A stretch of DNA of 64,000 nt from Acidobacteriota bacterium (lineage in GTDB: Bacteria > Acidobacteriota > UBA890 > WLXD01), in NCBI GenBank assembly GCA_963666055.2, contig CAXWPH010000015.1, positions 2,144,001-2,208,000 on the forward strand, read 5' to 3'. Positions 49,050 through 58,576 of the stretch are shown in pieces. The notes below the pieces were generated by a model. The model was not told the origin of the DNA, did not search any database, and saw only the letters and a list, made by a program, of their open reading frames with translations. A program made the position numbers and the translations under genes. How positions within the stretch are numbered: position 1 is the first letter of the stretch; each line of letters begins with the position of its first letter.

Positions 49050-49250
49050 CAAGGGAGGCAGCATGCCGGGGGCTGGTCGTGAGAGGGGGACGCTCACGGC
49101 CAGCCGTCGGAACCGCACACACCTTCCGGAGGCCGCCGAGTGACTCGACGGTCAGACGTGCAGGACAGGGTCTGTCGAAAACCAGGGGATCGTAGCGGGG
49201 CGAGAGCTACGAGAAGGGGGTTGCGGCTGGACCGTAGCCCCCTCTTTTTT
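49050..49250 (+). ncRNA. Candidate structured sRNA with GGA-containing loops
   Basis: Hairpins 49071-49105, 49153-49174, 49190-49212 and a terminal terminator; several GGA motifs; 5' end is a guess. Confidence 0.35.
49215..49250 (+). terminator. Intrinsic terminator between pilC and pilS
   Basis: AGGGGGTTGCGG-CTGGA-CCGTAGCCCCCT stem followed by CTTTTTT. Confidence 0.8.
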
Positions 49251-49325
49251 CGCCATCCGCTTCTACTCCGAGGCGATCGGATGTTGCCCACAACCTGCTA
49301 GAATCCAATGTCGGGGGCGTAAGGG

Positions 49326-51188
49326 GTGGACCGGATGACCGCCGATCGGGCCAGGCGCGAACACGAAAACAACCTGCGGCGTCTGCTGCTGTTCCACGTC
49401 GTCACGGCGACGGCGCTATTGCTCCCGGCGCTGTACTCGCAGTTCCTGGTCGGCACCCAGCGCTCCCTTGCTCCCGTACACGCGAGCATCGCCGTGATCT
49501 ATGGCGTTTGCTTGCTGTACGTCTTGGCGCAGTGGGCCGGTATGTCGGCGCGCTGCCTGTTGTCGCTGCAGTTGACGGTCGATGTCGCACTGGTGACCTT
49601 GCTGGTACATGTGACCGGTGGAGCCCGCTCGCCGCTGGTGCTTCTGTATCTGGTCCTCGCCATCGGCGCGGGGGTGATGAGTGGACGCCAGACGGCGTTG
49701 GCGATCGCCTGTTTGACGGCGGTCAGCTATGGGCTGCTCGTCCATCTCCGGGCCGTGGGTTGGCTGCCGGCCCGCGAGCTTGGGCTCGGGCAGGCGGGAC
49801 CACCGGTAACGCCGCCCGAGATGTATCTCAGGATCCTGATGTTGTTGTTCGCGGCGTGCATAATCGTCGCTTTGGCGAGCTCCTACACGGAGCGGCTACG
49901 GGGAGCGCGCGCGGCGCTGCGCAAGGAGCGCTCGGAACTCGAGGCTCTGCAGCAAGTCAACCACCAGCTCTTGGCAGGGATGAGCAGCGGCCTGATCGCG
50001 GCGGACCCCGAGGGTAGGGTGATCGCATGCAACCGCGCCGCCGAACGCGTTACCGAGCGGTCTGAACGGGAGTTGATCGGTCTGCGTGCCGCGCAAGTCC
50101 TGGGTCTCGGAGACGATGTCATGAGTGACCTCGACCTGCGTCTCAACGAGCGGCAGATCTACCGCACCGAGCGCCAGATCCAGGTGCCGTCCGGGGAGTA
50201 TCGCACCATCGGGATGAGCATCACTCGGGTGGTCGAGCCCGCCGGCGCGGTGGACGAGGGTCCGGGGCCGAACGAGACAGAGGTCTCCACATACTTTCCC
50301 GCCGGCCCCTGGGCGATCGAGTCCGATGGCCCGATGGCGGGCGGCTACATCTTCATGTTCCAGGATCTCTCTGATATCAAGCGCATGGAGCGAATGTTCT
50401 GGATGCGTGAGCGCATGGCGGTGCTCGGTGAGATGGCGGGATCGCTGGCACACGAGATTCGCAACCCCCTGGCCTCGATCTCGGGGTCGCTCCAGGTGCT
50501 GCGTGCAGGCAGTGTGGGCACCGATACGCCCCGGGCCAAGCGCCTGATGGACATCGTTACCAAGGAGTCCGAGCGGCTCTCGAAGATCATCGAGGACTTC
50601 CTCGATTACGCCCGCCCCGAGACTCTCGAGGCGGCTAACACTAACCTGGTGGCGCTGGCACGCGACACGGTTGATCTGCTGGAGAACTCGCCGGAAGTGG
50701 GGCACTGCCACTCATTGACGGTAGATTCGGACGCCCCGCAGGTGTACGCCTTGGTCGACCCCGAAAGGGTGAAGCAAGTGTTCTGGAACCTGGCACGCAA
50801 CGCTATTCAAGCGATGCCGGACGGGGGGCACCTGCGGGTGCTCATTCGACGTCGCCGCGGGGGCGCCACGGTAGTGTTCGAGGACGAGGGCATAGGAATG
50901 GCCGCGGATCGCATCGATCGCATCTTTCGCCCGTTCGTGTCCGAGAAGCAGGCCGACTCCGTGGAGACCGGCACGGGCCTCGGCCTGGCGATGGTGTATC
51001 GCATCATGGAACAGCACGGGGCCCGCATCGAGGTTGAGTCGGAGCCCGGGAAGGGCTCACGGTTCGTACTGATATTCGAAGACGAGGCGGCATTCGCCAG
51101 CGAGCCAACGGTCGTGGTGGCAGATCGGTCCGAGCGCGAGACACGACTGTTCGGCGAGTTGAGCCGAGCGGTGCGTTCCGACGGATGA
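49326..51188 (+). CDS. pilS: PilS-like sensor histidine kinase (TMs, PAS, HisKA, HATPase)
   Basis: VTGG..SP TM region, LAHEIRNPLASISG, WNL..NA.QAM, D.G.G, GTGLGL; between pilC and pilR. Confidence 0.85.
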   Translation: MDRMTADRARREHENNLRRLLLFHVVTATALLLPALYSQFLVGTQRSLAPVHASIAVIYGVCLLYVLAQWAGMSARCLLSLQLTVDVALVTLLVHVTGGARSPLVLLYLVLAIGAGVMSGRQTALAIACLTAVSYGLLVHLRAVGWLPARELGLGQAGPPVTPPEMYLRILMLLFAACIIVALASSYTERLRGARAALRKERSELEALQQVNHQLLAGMSSGLIAADPEGRVIACNRAAERVTERSERELIGLRAAQVLGLGDDVMSDLDLRLNERQIYRTERQIQVPSGEYRTIGMSITRVVEPAGAVDEGPGPNETEVSTYFPAGPWAIESDGPMAGGYIFMFQDLSDIKRMERMFWMRERMAVLGEMAGSLAHEIRNPLASISGSLQVLRAGSVGTDTPRAKRLMDIVTKESERLSKIIEDFLDYARPETLEAANTNLVALARDTVDLLENSPEVGHCHSLTVDSDAPQVYALVDPERVKQVFWNLARNAIQAMPDGGHLRVLIRRRRGGATVVFEDEGIGMAADRIDRIFRPFVSEKQADSVETGTGLGLAMVYRIMEQHGARIEVESEPGKGSRFVLIFEDEAAFASEPTVVVADRSERETRLFGELSRAVRSDG

Positions 51189-51340
51189 AGGCGCTTGGTG
51201 CTGAGTCGCAACGCAGGCCGCCTTCCGTATTGGCCAGTCCTGCGACCGTCTACGTATATGTTGATGGGGCTTGTCGGAACCTGGGCTACAGCCACGGGAT
51301 CTGAGCGCCCCCGTCCATCATTCTCCGGAGGACCGTTGAA

Positions 51341-52757
51341 TTGGACCGGGTGCTGATTGTCGACGACGAATCGAGCATGCGCGAGATGCTCTCGATCGCC
51401 TTGGACGATGAAGGCTGGGAGGTGCAGGCGGCGCGGGACGGCGAGGAAGCTCTCGCCATGTTGGGCAAGCAACCTGTTGATGTGGTGATCTCGGATATCC
51501 GCATGCCGGGTGTCGATGGTGTGGAGCTGCTGCGCCAGGTGCGGAAGCAGTCGCCGAATACCGAGGTCATCTTGATCACCGCGCATGCGAGCACTGATTC
51601 GGCCGTCGAGGCTGTTCGACTGGGTGCCTATGACTACGTGACCAAGCCCTTCGATGTCGAGGAGCTCAAGGTTACGCGTCGACACGCGCTCGAGCAGCAA
51701 GCGCTGCAGCGCGAAAATGTCATGTTGCGCGGCGAGCTCAGCGCGCGGCACGGATTCGGAAACCTGGTCGGCGATTCCACCGCGATGCACCGGGTCTTCG
51801 ATCTCATCCGGCGCGTGAAGGATTCGACTTCCACGGTTCTGATTACCGGCGAGAGTGGCACCGGCAAGGAGTTGGTGGCGCGCGCAATCCACTACAACGG
51901 CGAGCGCAGCGCAGCGCCGTTCGTCGCCGTGAACTGTGCGGCGTTGCCGGGGCAGCTCTTGGAGAGCGAGTTGTTTGGCCACGTGAAGGGAGCGTTTACT
52001 GGCGCCGACCGGAACAAAGAGGGGCTATTCGAGGCCGCGGATGGCGGCACGATCCTGCTCGACGAGATCGGCGATATGCCGCTCGAGATGCAGCCGAAGC
52101 TTCTGCGCGTCCTGGAAGACCACATGGTCCGGCAGGTGGGATCAACGCGCGACACGTCGGTTGATGTCCGGGTTCTTGCGGCGACAAACCAAGATCTTCG
52201 TGCCGCGTTCGCCGACGGCCGGTTTCGGGAGGATCTGTACTACCGGCTGAACGTGATCCAGATCGATCTGCCGCCGCTGCGCCAGCGTCCCGACGACATA
52301 TTGCTGCTGGCCGACCACTACTTCGAACAGCTTGCGTCGGAGATCGGGCGACAGATGAATGGGATGACGCCTGAGGCGAGGCAAGCGCTGCGTGAGTACA
52401 GCTGGCCGGGCAACGTACGAGAGTTGGTGAACGCCGTGCGCCACGCGATGACCATGGAGCCGACCGAGAGGATTCAGTTGTCGAGCTTGCCGCCAACGGT
52501 CGCGGGCGTCAGCAAGGTGGAGGTGGACCACCGTTCTCGAATCGCAGCCGGACGACTCCACCGTGACCCATGGCATTCCGGGGGAGGGAATAGACCTGGA
52601 GGCTCACCTCGATCAGATCAAGCGCGATTACATGCGAACGGCGCTCAGTCAGAGCGACGGTGTGCGGACTCGTGCCGCGAAGCTCCTGGGAATGTCGTTT
52701 CGCTCGTTCCGGTACTACGCCAAGAAGTTCGCCCTCGACGAGCCGACGCTCAAGTGA
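51341..52757 (+). CDS. pilR: PilR-like sigma54-dependent response regulator; frameshift near 52525 separates the HTH
   Basis: REC (VDDE, SDIRMP), GESGTGKE, ESELFGH.KGAFTGA, FREDLYYRL, WPGNVREL; Fis HTH (AAKLLGMSFRSFRY) lies in the +1 frame 52563-52757. Confidence 0.88.
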
Positions 52758-52792
52758 CACGAATCGTCACTTTGGGGTGCCAATTTTCGACA
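52752..52792. promoter_or_regulatory. Putative PilR enhancer (two TGnC-N7-GnCA boxes)
   Basis: Perfect AAGTGAC-N7-GTCACTT at 52752-52772 and TGCC-N7-GACA at 52778-52792, 23 bp apart. Confidence 0.55.
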
Positions 52793-52912
52793 TCTCGACA
52801 TTATCTGCCACAATATTGCTGCAAAAATCTTTATAAATCGGTATTTACTCTATAAACATAGAAAAGAATATCATTAGCTATTAAAGGTCATTCTAAGTTA
52901 TAAATACATTGA

Positions 52913-52925
52913 AATCAACAACTTA
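52913..52925 (+). promoter_or_regulatory. IHF binding site
   Basis: AATCAACAACTTA matches WATCAANNNNTTR, in an AT-rich tract between enhancer and sigma54 promoter. Confidence 0.6.
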
Positions 52926-52997
52926 TGACATGCGCATAACTATATTTTACAATATTATAACATGTTTTCACACTGAATTAAGACTTTCGATAAGTTA

Positions 52998-53013
52998 TGG
53001 CATGTTCGTTGCT
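52998..53013 (+). promoter_or_regulatory. Sigma54 (-24/-12) promoter of the pilin gene
   Basis: TGGCATGTTCGTTGCT with exact GG-N10-GC spacing, downstream of a sigma54 activator gene. Confidence 0.85.
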
Positions 53014-53110
53014 TAATCATCGACCACAGATGATTGGCAGGGTTTGCTGGGGTTGGCGGATGTCGACCTTTGGGGCCCGCAACGGGGTCGCCGCCCCAGG
53101 GAGGAACACC

Positions 53111-53539
53111 ATGAACTTCAAACGCAACGAAAGCGGCTTTTCGCTGATCGAGTTGCTGATCGTTGTCGCGATCATCGGCATCATCGCGACGATCGCCGTT
53201 CCGCAGTTGCTCGACGCGATCGACCGCGGCCGCCAGCGCCGCACGATGGCCGACATGCGCAACCTCGCTACCGCCAACGGGACCTATCGTGTGGACCAGA
53301 GCGTGTATGCCTCGGCGCTTGCTGACCTGCAACCCACCTATATGCAGGTTGTGCCGGCGAACGACGCTTGGGCGAACGCTTTCCAGTACAGCACGTCGAG
53401 CGGTTCGTACACCCTCGAGTCGTATGCTTCCGACGGCGCAAACGGCCCGTCTCCGCCGACCCCGTGGATCAACGATCTCTACGATATCGACCTGGAGCTC
53501 ACCAACGGCCAGTTCACTCAGGCCCCGACCGGTCAATAA
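53111..53539 (+). CDS. pilA: Probable major pilin (PilA position; GspG-like head)
   Basis: SD GGGAGG, G/FSLIELLIVVAIIGIIA.IA.P prepilin; DAW..F.Y GspG-like motif; own sigma54 promoter and terminator. Confidence 0.8.
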   Translation: MNFKRNESGFSLIELLIVVAIIGIIATIAVPQLLDAIDRGRQRRTMADMRNLATANGTYRVDQSVYASALADLQPTYMQVVPANDAWANAFQYSTSSGSYTLESYASDGANGPSPPTPWINDLYDIDLELTNGQFTQAPTGQ

Positions 53540-53564
53540 TCGCTGACCAAGTTAGGCGCAGGCC

Positions 53565-53609
53565 AACCGGGCCCCTCGTCGGATCGCCGTCGGGGGCTCG
53601 GTTTTTTTT
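53565..53609 (+). terminator. Intrinsic terminator after the pilin gene
   Basis: AACCGGGCCCC...GGGGGCTCGGTT stem with T8 tail. Confidence 0.85.
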
Positions 53610-53730
53610 CTGTTGGTTGATAGTCTTTAGGTGGGCGAAGGTGGCTGCGGGTCACGGGGCGGTACTACGGGTGTGTTCGCAGCGCCACGGCTAGCGGCGT
53701 GCCCCGTGCTGACGTAATGGGGTGATTTCA

Positions 53731-54784
53731 ATGCCGATCCTTCGGTTCGACGGTGTGGCCAAGTCACTGCCATATGGGTTCTGGTTGCGCCACAAGCCCG
53801 TGCTTCACGACGTTTCCTTGAGTGTGGAGCCCGGCGAGATCTACGGTTTCCTGGGGCCAAACGGCGCTGGAAAGACCACTTCCATGAAGTGCTTGCTCGG
53901 GCTGCTGACCCCCGATCGGGGCACCATCGAGATCTTTGGGCGCAACGGGTCCGAGCCCGCGGCGCGCCAGAAGCTCGGATACTTGCCAGAGCAGCCCTAC
54001 TTTTACCCTCACCTTACCGGCCGCGAGTTGGTCGACTACTTCGGCCGACTCTTCGGTGTGCCCCGTGCAACACGACTCCAGCGGACGGCGGTGTTGCTCG
54101 AGCGGGTGGGCATGGCCGCCAGCGCCGACCTGCCGATCAAGCAATATTCCAAAGGAATGCTGCAGCGCATCGGCCTGGCGCAGGCGCTGATCAACGACCC
54201 CGAGTTGGTCATTCTGGATGAGCCGATGTCGGGGCTCGATCCCATTGGGCGGCGGGAGATCAAGGACATCATCCTCGAGCTCAAGGAAAAGGGGACCACC
54301 GTCTTCTTCTCCAGCCACATCCTCGGCGATGCCGAGGTCTTGTGCGACCGAGTCGGCCTGCTGTTCGAGGGCCGAATCCTCACCGAAAGCTCGGTGCAAG
54401 GTCTTCTCGAGGAGCGTGTCCAGTACTGGGATGCGGCCTGTGAGGGCGTTCCCGACAATGCTCTGAACGGGTTCGTGCACCGTACGCAGCAGGGTGGTTG
54501 TCTGCACTTTCGCTTCGACGACGTGGCGCAGCTCGATCGCTGGGTCGATGCTGTCCGTGAAGTGGGTGGGCGGATCGTTCAGGTTGCCCCGCACCGCGTC
54601 ACCCTCGAGGAACATTTTCGTTGCAACAGTGCGGGGTCGGCAGCCCGCCGCGGCGCTTCACTCTTCGTCGAAACGCCAGCCCCGCTCAGAGCAAACCGGC
54701 GCCGACCTGCCGATAGATCCCGACGCTTGCCAAAACGACATGAACGCTGAGCCGCGACGAGCGGTGGCCGGCGGTGCGCGATGA
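53731..54784 (+). CDS. ABC transporter ATP-binding protein (pilin-associated, Myxococcus PilH-like); probable frameshift at 54615-54618
   Basis: GPNGAGKTT, YSKGMLQRIGLAQA, LDEPMSGLDP, FSSH; as read ends at 54750, removing one T gives TLEEHFVAT... ending in ATGA overlap at 54784. Confidence 0.88.
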
Positions 54785-55551
54785 TCGATCGTGTCACGGC
54801 CATCGCCGTGAATACGTTCCGCGAGGCCATTCGCGATCGCATCCTGGTGTTGTTCATGGCCTTCGCGTTGCTGATGATGGCATCGTCGACGATCCTTTCG
54901 CTCCTCACGGTGGGCAGCGAGCTGAAGATCGTCACGGACCTGGGCCTCGCCGCGCTGGCGTTGTTCGGCACCGTCATCGCTATCTTCATCGGCATCATCC
55001 TCGTGCACAAAGAAGTAGAGAAGCGCACCATCTACGCTGTCCTCGCCAAGCCGGTTCCGCGATGGCAGTTCCTGGTCGGGAAGTACTTCGGTCTGATGAT
55101 GACGCTCGCCGTGGTAGTCGGGCTGATGGCGCTCTTCTACCTCGCGCTCGTGTGGTGGAAGAGCGGCAGCTTCCCGTCGCACCTACTGCCGGCGGTGATG
55201 CTCAGCTACGTGGAGCTATCGATCATTACCTCCGTTGCCTTGGTCTTCTCGAGCTTCACCACACCGATGCTGGCGGCGCTGTTTACCGTAGCTGTGTATG
55301 TCGTCGGCCACCTCTCATGGGCTTTCAGCACACTTCTCGATTTCGTTCCGGGTACCGTGGCGCGGATACTGGTCGGTACGCTGTATTACACGCTCCCCGA
55401 CCTGGAGACGTTCAACGTTCGTAGCAGGGTGGTTCACGAGCTCCCAGTCAGCGGTGGCTATCTGCTCGACGCTCTCGGTTATGCCGCTGCCTACACCATC
55501 GGCATGCTCGTCTTGGCGGCACTCCTCTTCCGCCGTCGGGATCTGACATGA
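54781..55551 (+). CDS. ABC-2 type permease (pilin-associated, PilI-like)
   Basis: IA.NTFREAIRDR, KEVEKRTIY.VLAKP..R.QF..GKY.G, F.RRD. Confidence 0.88.
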   Translation: MIDRVTAIAVNTFREAIRDRILVLFMAFALLMMASSTILSLLTVGSELKIVTDLGLAALALFGTVIAIFIGIILVHKEVEKRTIYAVLAKPVPRWQFLVGKYFGLMMTLAVVVGLMALFYLALVWWKSGSFPSHLLPAVMLSYVELSIITSVALVFSSFTTPMLAALFTVAVYVVGHLSWAFSTLLDFVPGTVARILVGTLYYTLPDLETFNVRSRVVHELPVSGGYLLDALGYAAAYTIGMLVLAALLFRRRDLT

Positions 55552-56420
55552 GCCGGAAGGAATCCTGGCGCACTGTCGGCCTGTGGTTTCTGCTGCTCGT
55601 GTGTCTTGGCGGTTGGGTCATGCCGCAGGTGTCGATCGATTACCGACGAGCTCGATGGTCGCAGCCCGAGGCGCTGTTGTTACTTCCGACTGGGCAGTAT
55701 CTCGATGTCGCCAGCCTCGGTTTCCAGACGGCGCTTGCCGACACCCTTTACCTCTGGAGCATTCAGTACTACGGCCATCATCGGAGCCAGGAGGGCCGAC
55801 GCCATCTGTGGCGCATCTTCGATGTGATCACCGACCTCGATCCGCGATACCAGGACGCATACCTCACGGGCGCGTTGATCATGGCGGTCGACATGGGCGA
55901 CGCTGAGATGGCTATCCGCCTGCTCGACAAAGGTGCGGAGGAGAATCCCACCGACTGGATCTACCTCATGGAAGCGGGACACTATGCCTGGATCGCTCTC
56001 GACGACTATCGCCGCGCCGCAGACTACTTCGATCGCGCCCTGCAGCTCCCCGGCACCCCGCGGCTGCTGCGTCGCGTCCGTGCCGGTATGGCGGAGCTCT
56101 CGGGCGACCGCCAGGCCGCCCTGGCGCTGTGGGTGGATGTGCATGGTCAAGCGGTGGCCAACGGTGACGAGCAGATAGAAGCGGCTGCATGGCAGCACGT
56201 GTACGACCTGAAGATCGAGCTCGACCTCGAGGACCTGCACGCAGCGATTGAGCGTTTCCGGCGCGACCGCGCAAGGCCCCCGCGAGTTCTCGACGCGCTA
56301 CGAAGCCAGGGGTACTTGGTGTCTTTGCCATCGTCGCCTACAGGCGAGCCATATACGTATGACCAGGTGACGGGAACCGTTCGCGATCCGCGAGAGGGCT
56401 CGTCGCGCGCCAGCCGCTAG
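55548..56420 (+). CDS. Membrane-anchored TPR protein, pilin-associated (PilG/XapA-like)
   Basis: GF...AD..Y...IQYYG, ITDLDP.Y..AY, LL.KG...P..W; C-terminal GspG-like L...GYL..LP..P.G..Y.YD. Confidence 0.65.
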   Translation: MSRKESWRTVGLWFLLLVCLGGWVMPQVSIDYRRARWSQPEALLLLPTGQYLDVASLGFQTALADTLYLWSIQYYGHHRSQEGRRHLWRIFDVITDLDPRYQDAYLTGALIMAVDMGDAEMAIRLLDKGAEENPTDWIYLMEAGHYAWIALDDYRRAADYFDRALQLPGTPRLLRRVRAGMAELSGDRQAALALWVDVHGQAVANGDEQIEAAAWQHVYDLKIELDLEDLHAAIERFRRDRARPPRVLDALRSQGYLVSLPSSPTGEPYTYDQVTGTVRDPREGSSRASR

Positions 56421-56454
56421 CATAGCCGCGCGACACTCGGAGAGAGGGTTGGAG

Positions 56455-57237
56455 ATGCGACCAGAGGTTTTCGAGACCGTCGTTGCCTTTACCCTGGGTC
56501 TCGCCTTCGGATCGTTCCTCAACGCGTTCGTGTATCGGGTACCACTCGGCATCGACCTCTCTCGCCGGTCGTTTTGCCCGGAATGCGACGCACCTATCTA
56601 CTGGTACCAGAACTTGCCGCTGTTGTCGTATGTTGCTCTGCGCGGCCGGTGCTCGACATGCCGCAAGCCGATCCCATGGCGTTACCCGATGGTCGAGTTG
56701 CTCGGGGGCGTCATCCTCGTCAGCTCAATCTGGTACTGGGGCCTCACTGCCAGCGCCGCCTCGACCGCGTTGTTCGCCTACGTCATGCTGGCACTGGCGT
56801 TGATCGATGTGGATCATCGAATCCTGCCGAACAGGATCACCATTCCGGGCGCCGTGGCCGGTTTCCTGCTGTCATTCTTCGACCCGCGCGTCGCCTGGTA
56901 CGACTCGTTGATTGGTGCCTTCGCGGGTGCCGGGCTCCTCTACCTGGTCGCCTTCGTGTACCTGAAGGCGCGCGGCCGTGAGGGTATGGGCATGGGCGAC
57001 GTCAAGATGATGCTCCTGGTCGGGGCCTTCCTCGGCTGGCAGGGCGCGCTAATGACGATCTTCATCGGCTCGTTGCTCGGCAGCGTTGTCGGGGCGCTGT
57101 TCATCATGTCTTCGCGCAAGGGCTGGGAGTACGCGCTCCCGTTCGGGACGTTCCTGGCCGCCGCCGCCGTGCTGGTGAGCTACCGGGGCGCCGAGATCTT
57201 CGCCTGGTACTGGCGAACCTTCGGCGTGGCGCCGTAG
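56455..57237 (+). CDS. pilD: Prepilin peptidase
   Basis: GSFLN..YR.P, S.CP.C, RGRC..C, YP.VE, ID..H.ILP, GMGMGDVK, PFG.FL. Confidence 0.95.
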   Translation: MRPEVFETVVAFTLGLAFGSFLNAFVYRVPLGIDLSRRSFCPECDAPIYWYQNLPLLSYVALRGRCSTCRKPIPWRYPMVELLGGVILVSSIWYWGLTASAASTALFAYVMLALALIDVDHRILPNRITIPGAVAGFLLSFFDPRVAWYDSLIGAFAGAGLLYLVAFVYLKARGREGMGMGDVKMMLLVGAFLGWQGALMTIFIGSLLGSVVGALFIMSSRKGWEYALPFGTFLAAAAVLVSYRGAEIFAWYWRTFGVAP

Positions 57238-57801
57238 CAGGCCGTGGTAGAAGTGTGGCGGGCCTGGCGACAGGGTCTTGCGAGGTGGAGGCAAGGAGAG
57301 ATGAGGAGACGATGGTTACGCCATCGTTGACGAGGAACGACGCAGGATACGCGCGCCACCCCCTGTCGCCCGAAGGGTTACGACGATTTGGGGCCATCTG
57401 CGGCGTTGGCCTTCCTCGACGATGGCTCGGGCATCGCCTGTGTCAGGCCGCCGTGCATCTGGCCCCAACTCGCCGCAACCAGGCCCGCCACACTTCCAGC
57501 ACGGCCTGCTAGAGAACAAGCCTTCCGTCCATCGCTGAGCCGGCACGCCCAGATTGAAGCGTGGCCGCCCCTGGCCAACTGTGTCGCAGGACGACCTGGC
57601 GAGGGCGGCGGAAGCCGCACCAGACCTGTCGCTGCCGCGCCTGTTTCGCTCCTGACCGGGGACATCCCCACGCGGCCGCGAACGGGCTGCTGGGTCAGGG
57701 GATCGCATCCCTAGACTGCCCCTATCAGGAGCAGATCCGACCACCGGAGATCCGGAGGAGCCGGGCTTCGAGTCGATTCTCCAGGAAGGGCGACGAGCGA
57801 G

Positions 57802-58321
57802 GTGTATACGACGAGCAGGGCGCCGGGGGCGGCGCGACGAACGCGGCTTTTCGTTGATCGAGGTCACCGTGACGATAGCGGTGATCGGGCTCATGGCAAT
57901 GATCGGCCTGCCGACCATGCAGGAGTGGCTGGAGCGTTATCGAGTGCGCACAGCGGCACAGGAGGTCGCTGCGGCGATGCAGCTTCAGCGCATGCGTGCA
58001 GTTAGCCAGAACACCGACTTCTCGATCGGCTTCGACGTTGGCGCCGGCACCTATGCGCTTTACCAGGGCGCGCCCGGCTCGGGGACCCTCCTCGATCCAC
58101 TGCCGCGTGTTCTACCGATGGGAGTGGCTTATTCCGGCAACGGCGATCCGGTCGACACGCCCAACGACGAGCTCATATTCCACGCGGACGGCAGCCTCAA
58201 CGACAGCACCGCGAGTGACGACCAGATATCCCTGGGTAACTCACTCGGAGATGTTTTCACCGTCACAGTTAACCGAGCCACCGGCAGAGTACAGGTAGCG
58301 CACGAAAGCTACGCCTACTAG
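57802..58321 (+). CDS. FimT/FimU/GspH-like minor pilin; frameshift in the leader (G5 at 57825-57829)
   Basis: GFSLIEV...P...W.ERYRVRTAA...RMRAV..N, IFHADG, TGRV; the mature frame has no upstream start unless one G is removed (MYTTSRAPGRRDERG/FSLIE). Confidence 0.8.
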
Positions 58322-58576
58322 TGCATTAGGGGGTCGTGGAGCCCGACGGCGGCGCACCCTCCTGCCGCCGTCGGGTCCACGGGCCCACTGTCCCTAGCTT
58401 GCTATTTTCCCCTTGGCGCGCTCCTCCTGCGCGCATCCCTTCGGGCCGACGGGGCGGTGAACCGTTCCCAATCCTCCCTGCCCCTCGCCATCGGTGTGCC
58501 GCGTAGGCTAGGTCTCGGCGACGCGGAATGGTTGTCTGATCGGAAACCTCCATCTGCGCGTCCGTCTCACCCGGGC

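Noticed and set aside
48987-49325. c-di-GMP-I (GEMM) riboswitch
   Set aside because: A CGAAA is present but the GG.AAA...GAAA...GAC.CAAAG core could not be matched
43270-53000. AT-rich patches (43.3, 46.4, 52.8-53.0 kb) as foreign DNA or att sites
   Set aside because: Short, intergenic and containing promoter elements; no integrase, transposase or flanking repeats
53111-53539. Conductive e-pilin
   Set aside because: Positions 24, 27 and 32 of the mature pilin are L, A and R rather than the aromatics of Geobacter PilA
57495-57560. Second sigma54 promoter before the minor pilins
   Set aside because: GCACG-containing sites lack the required GG-N10-GC spacing
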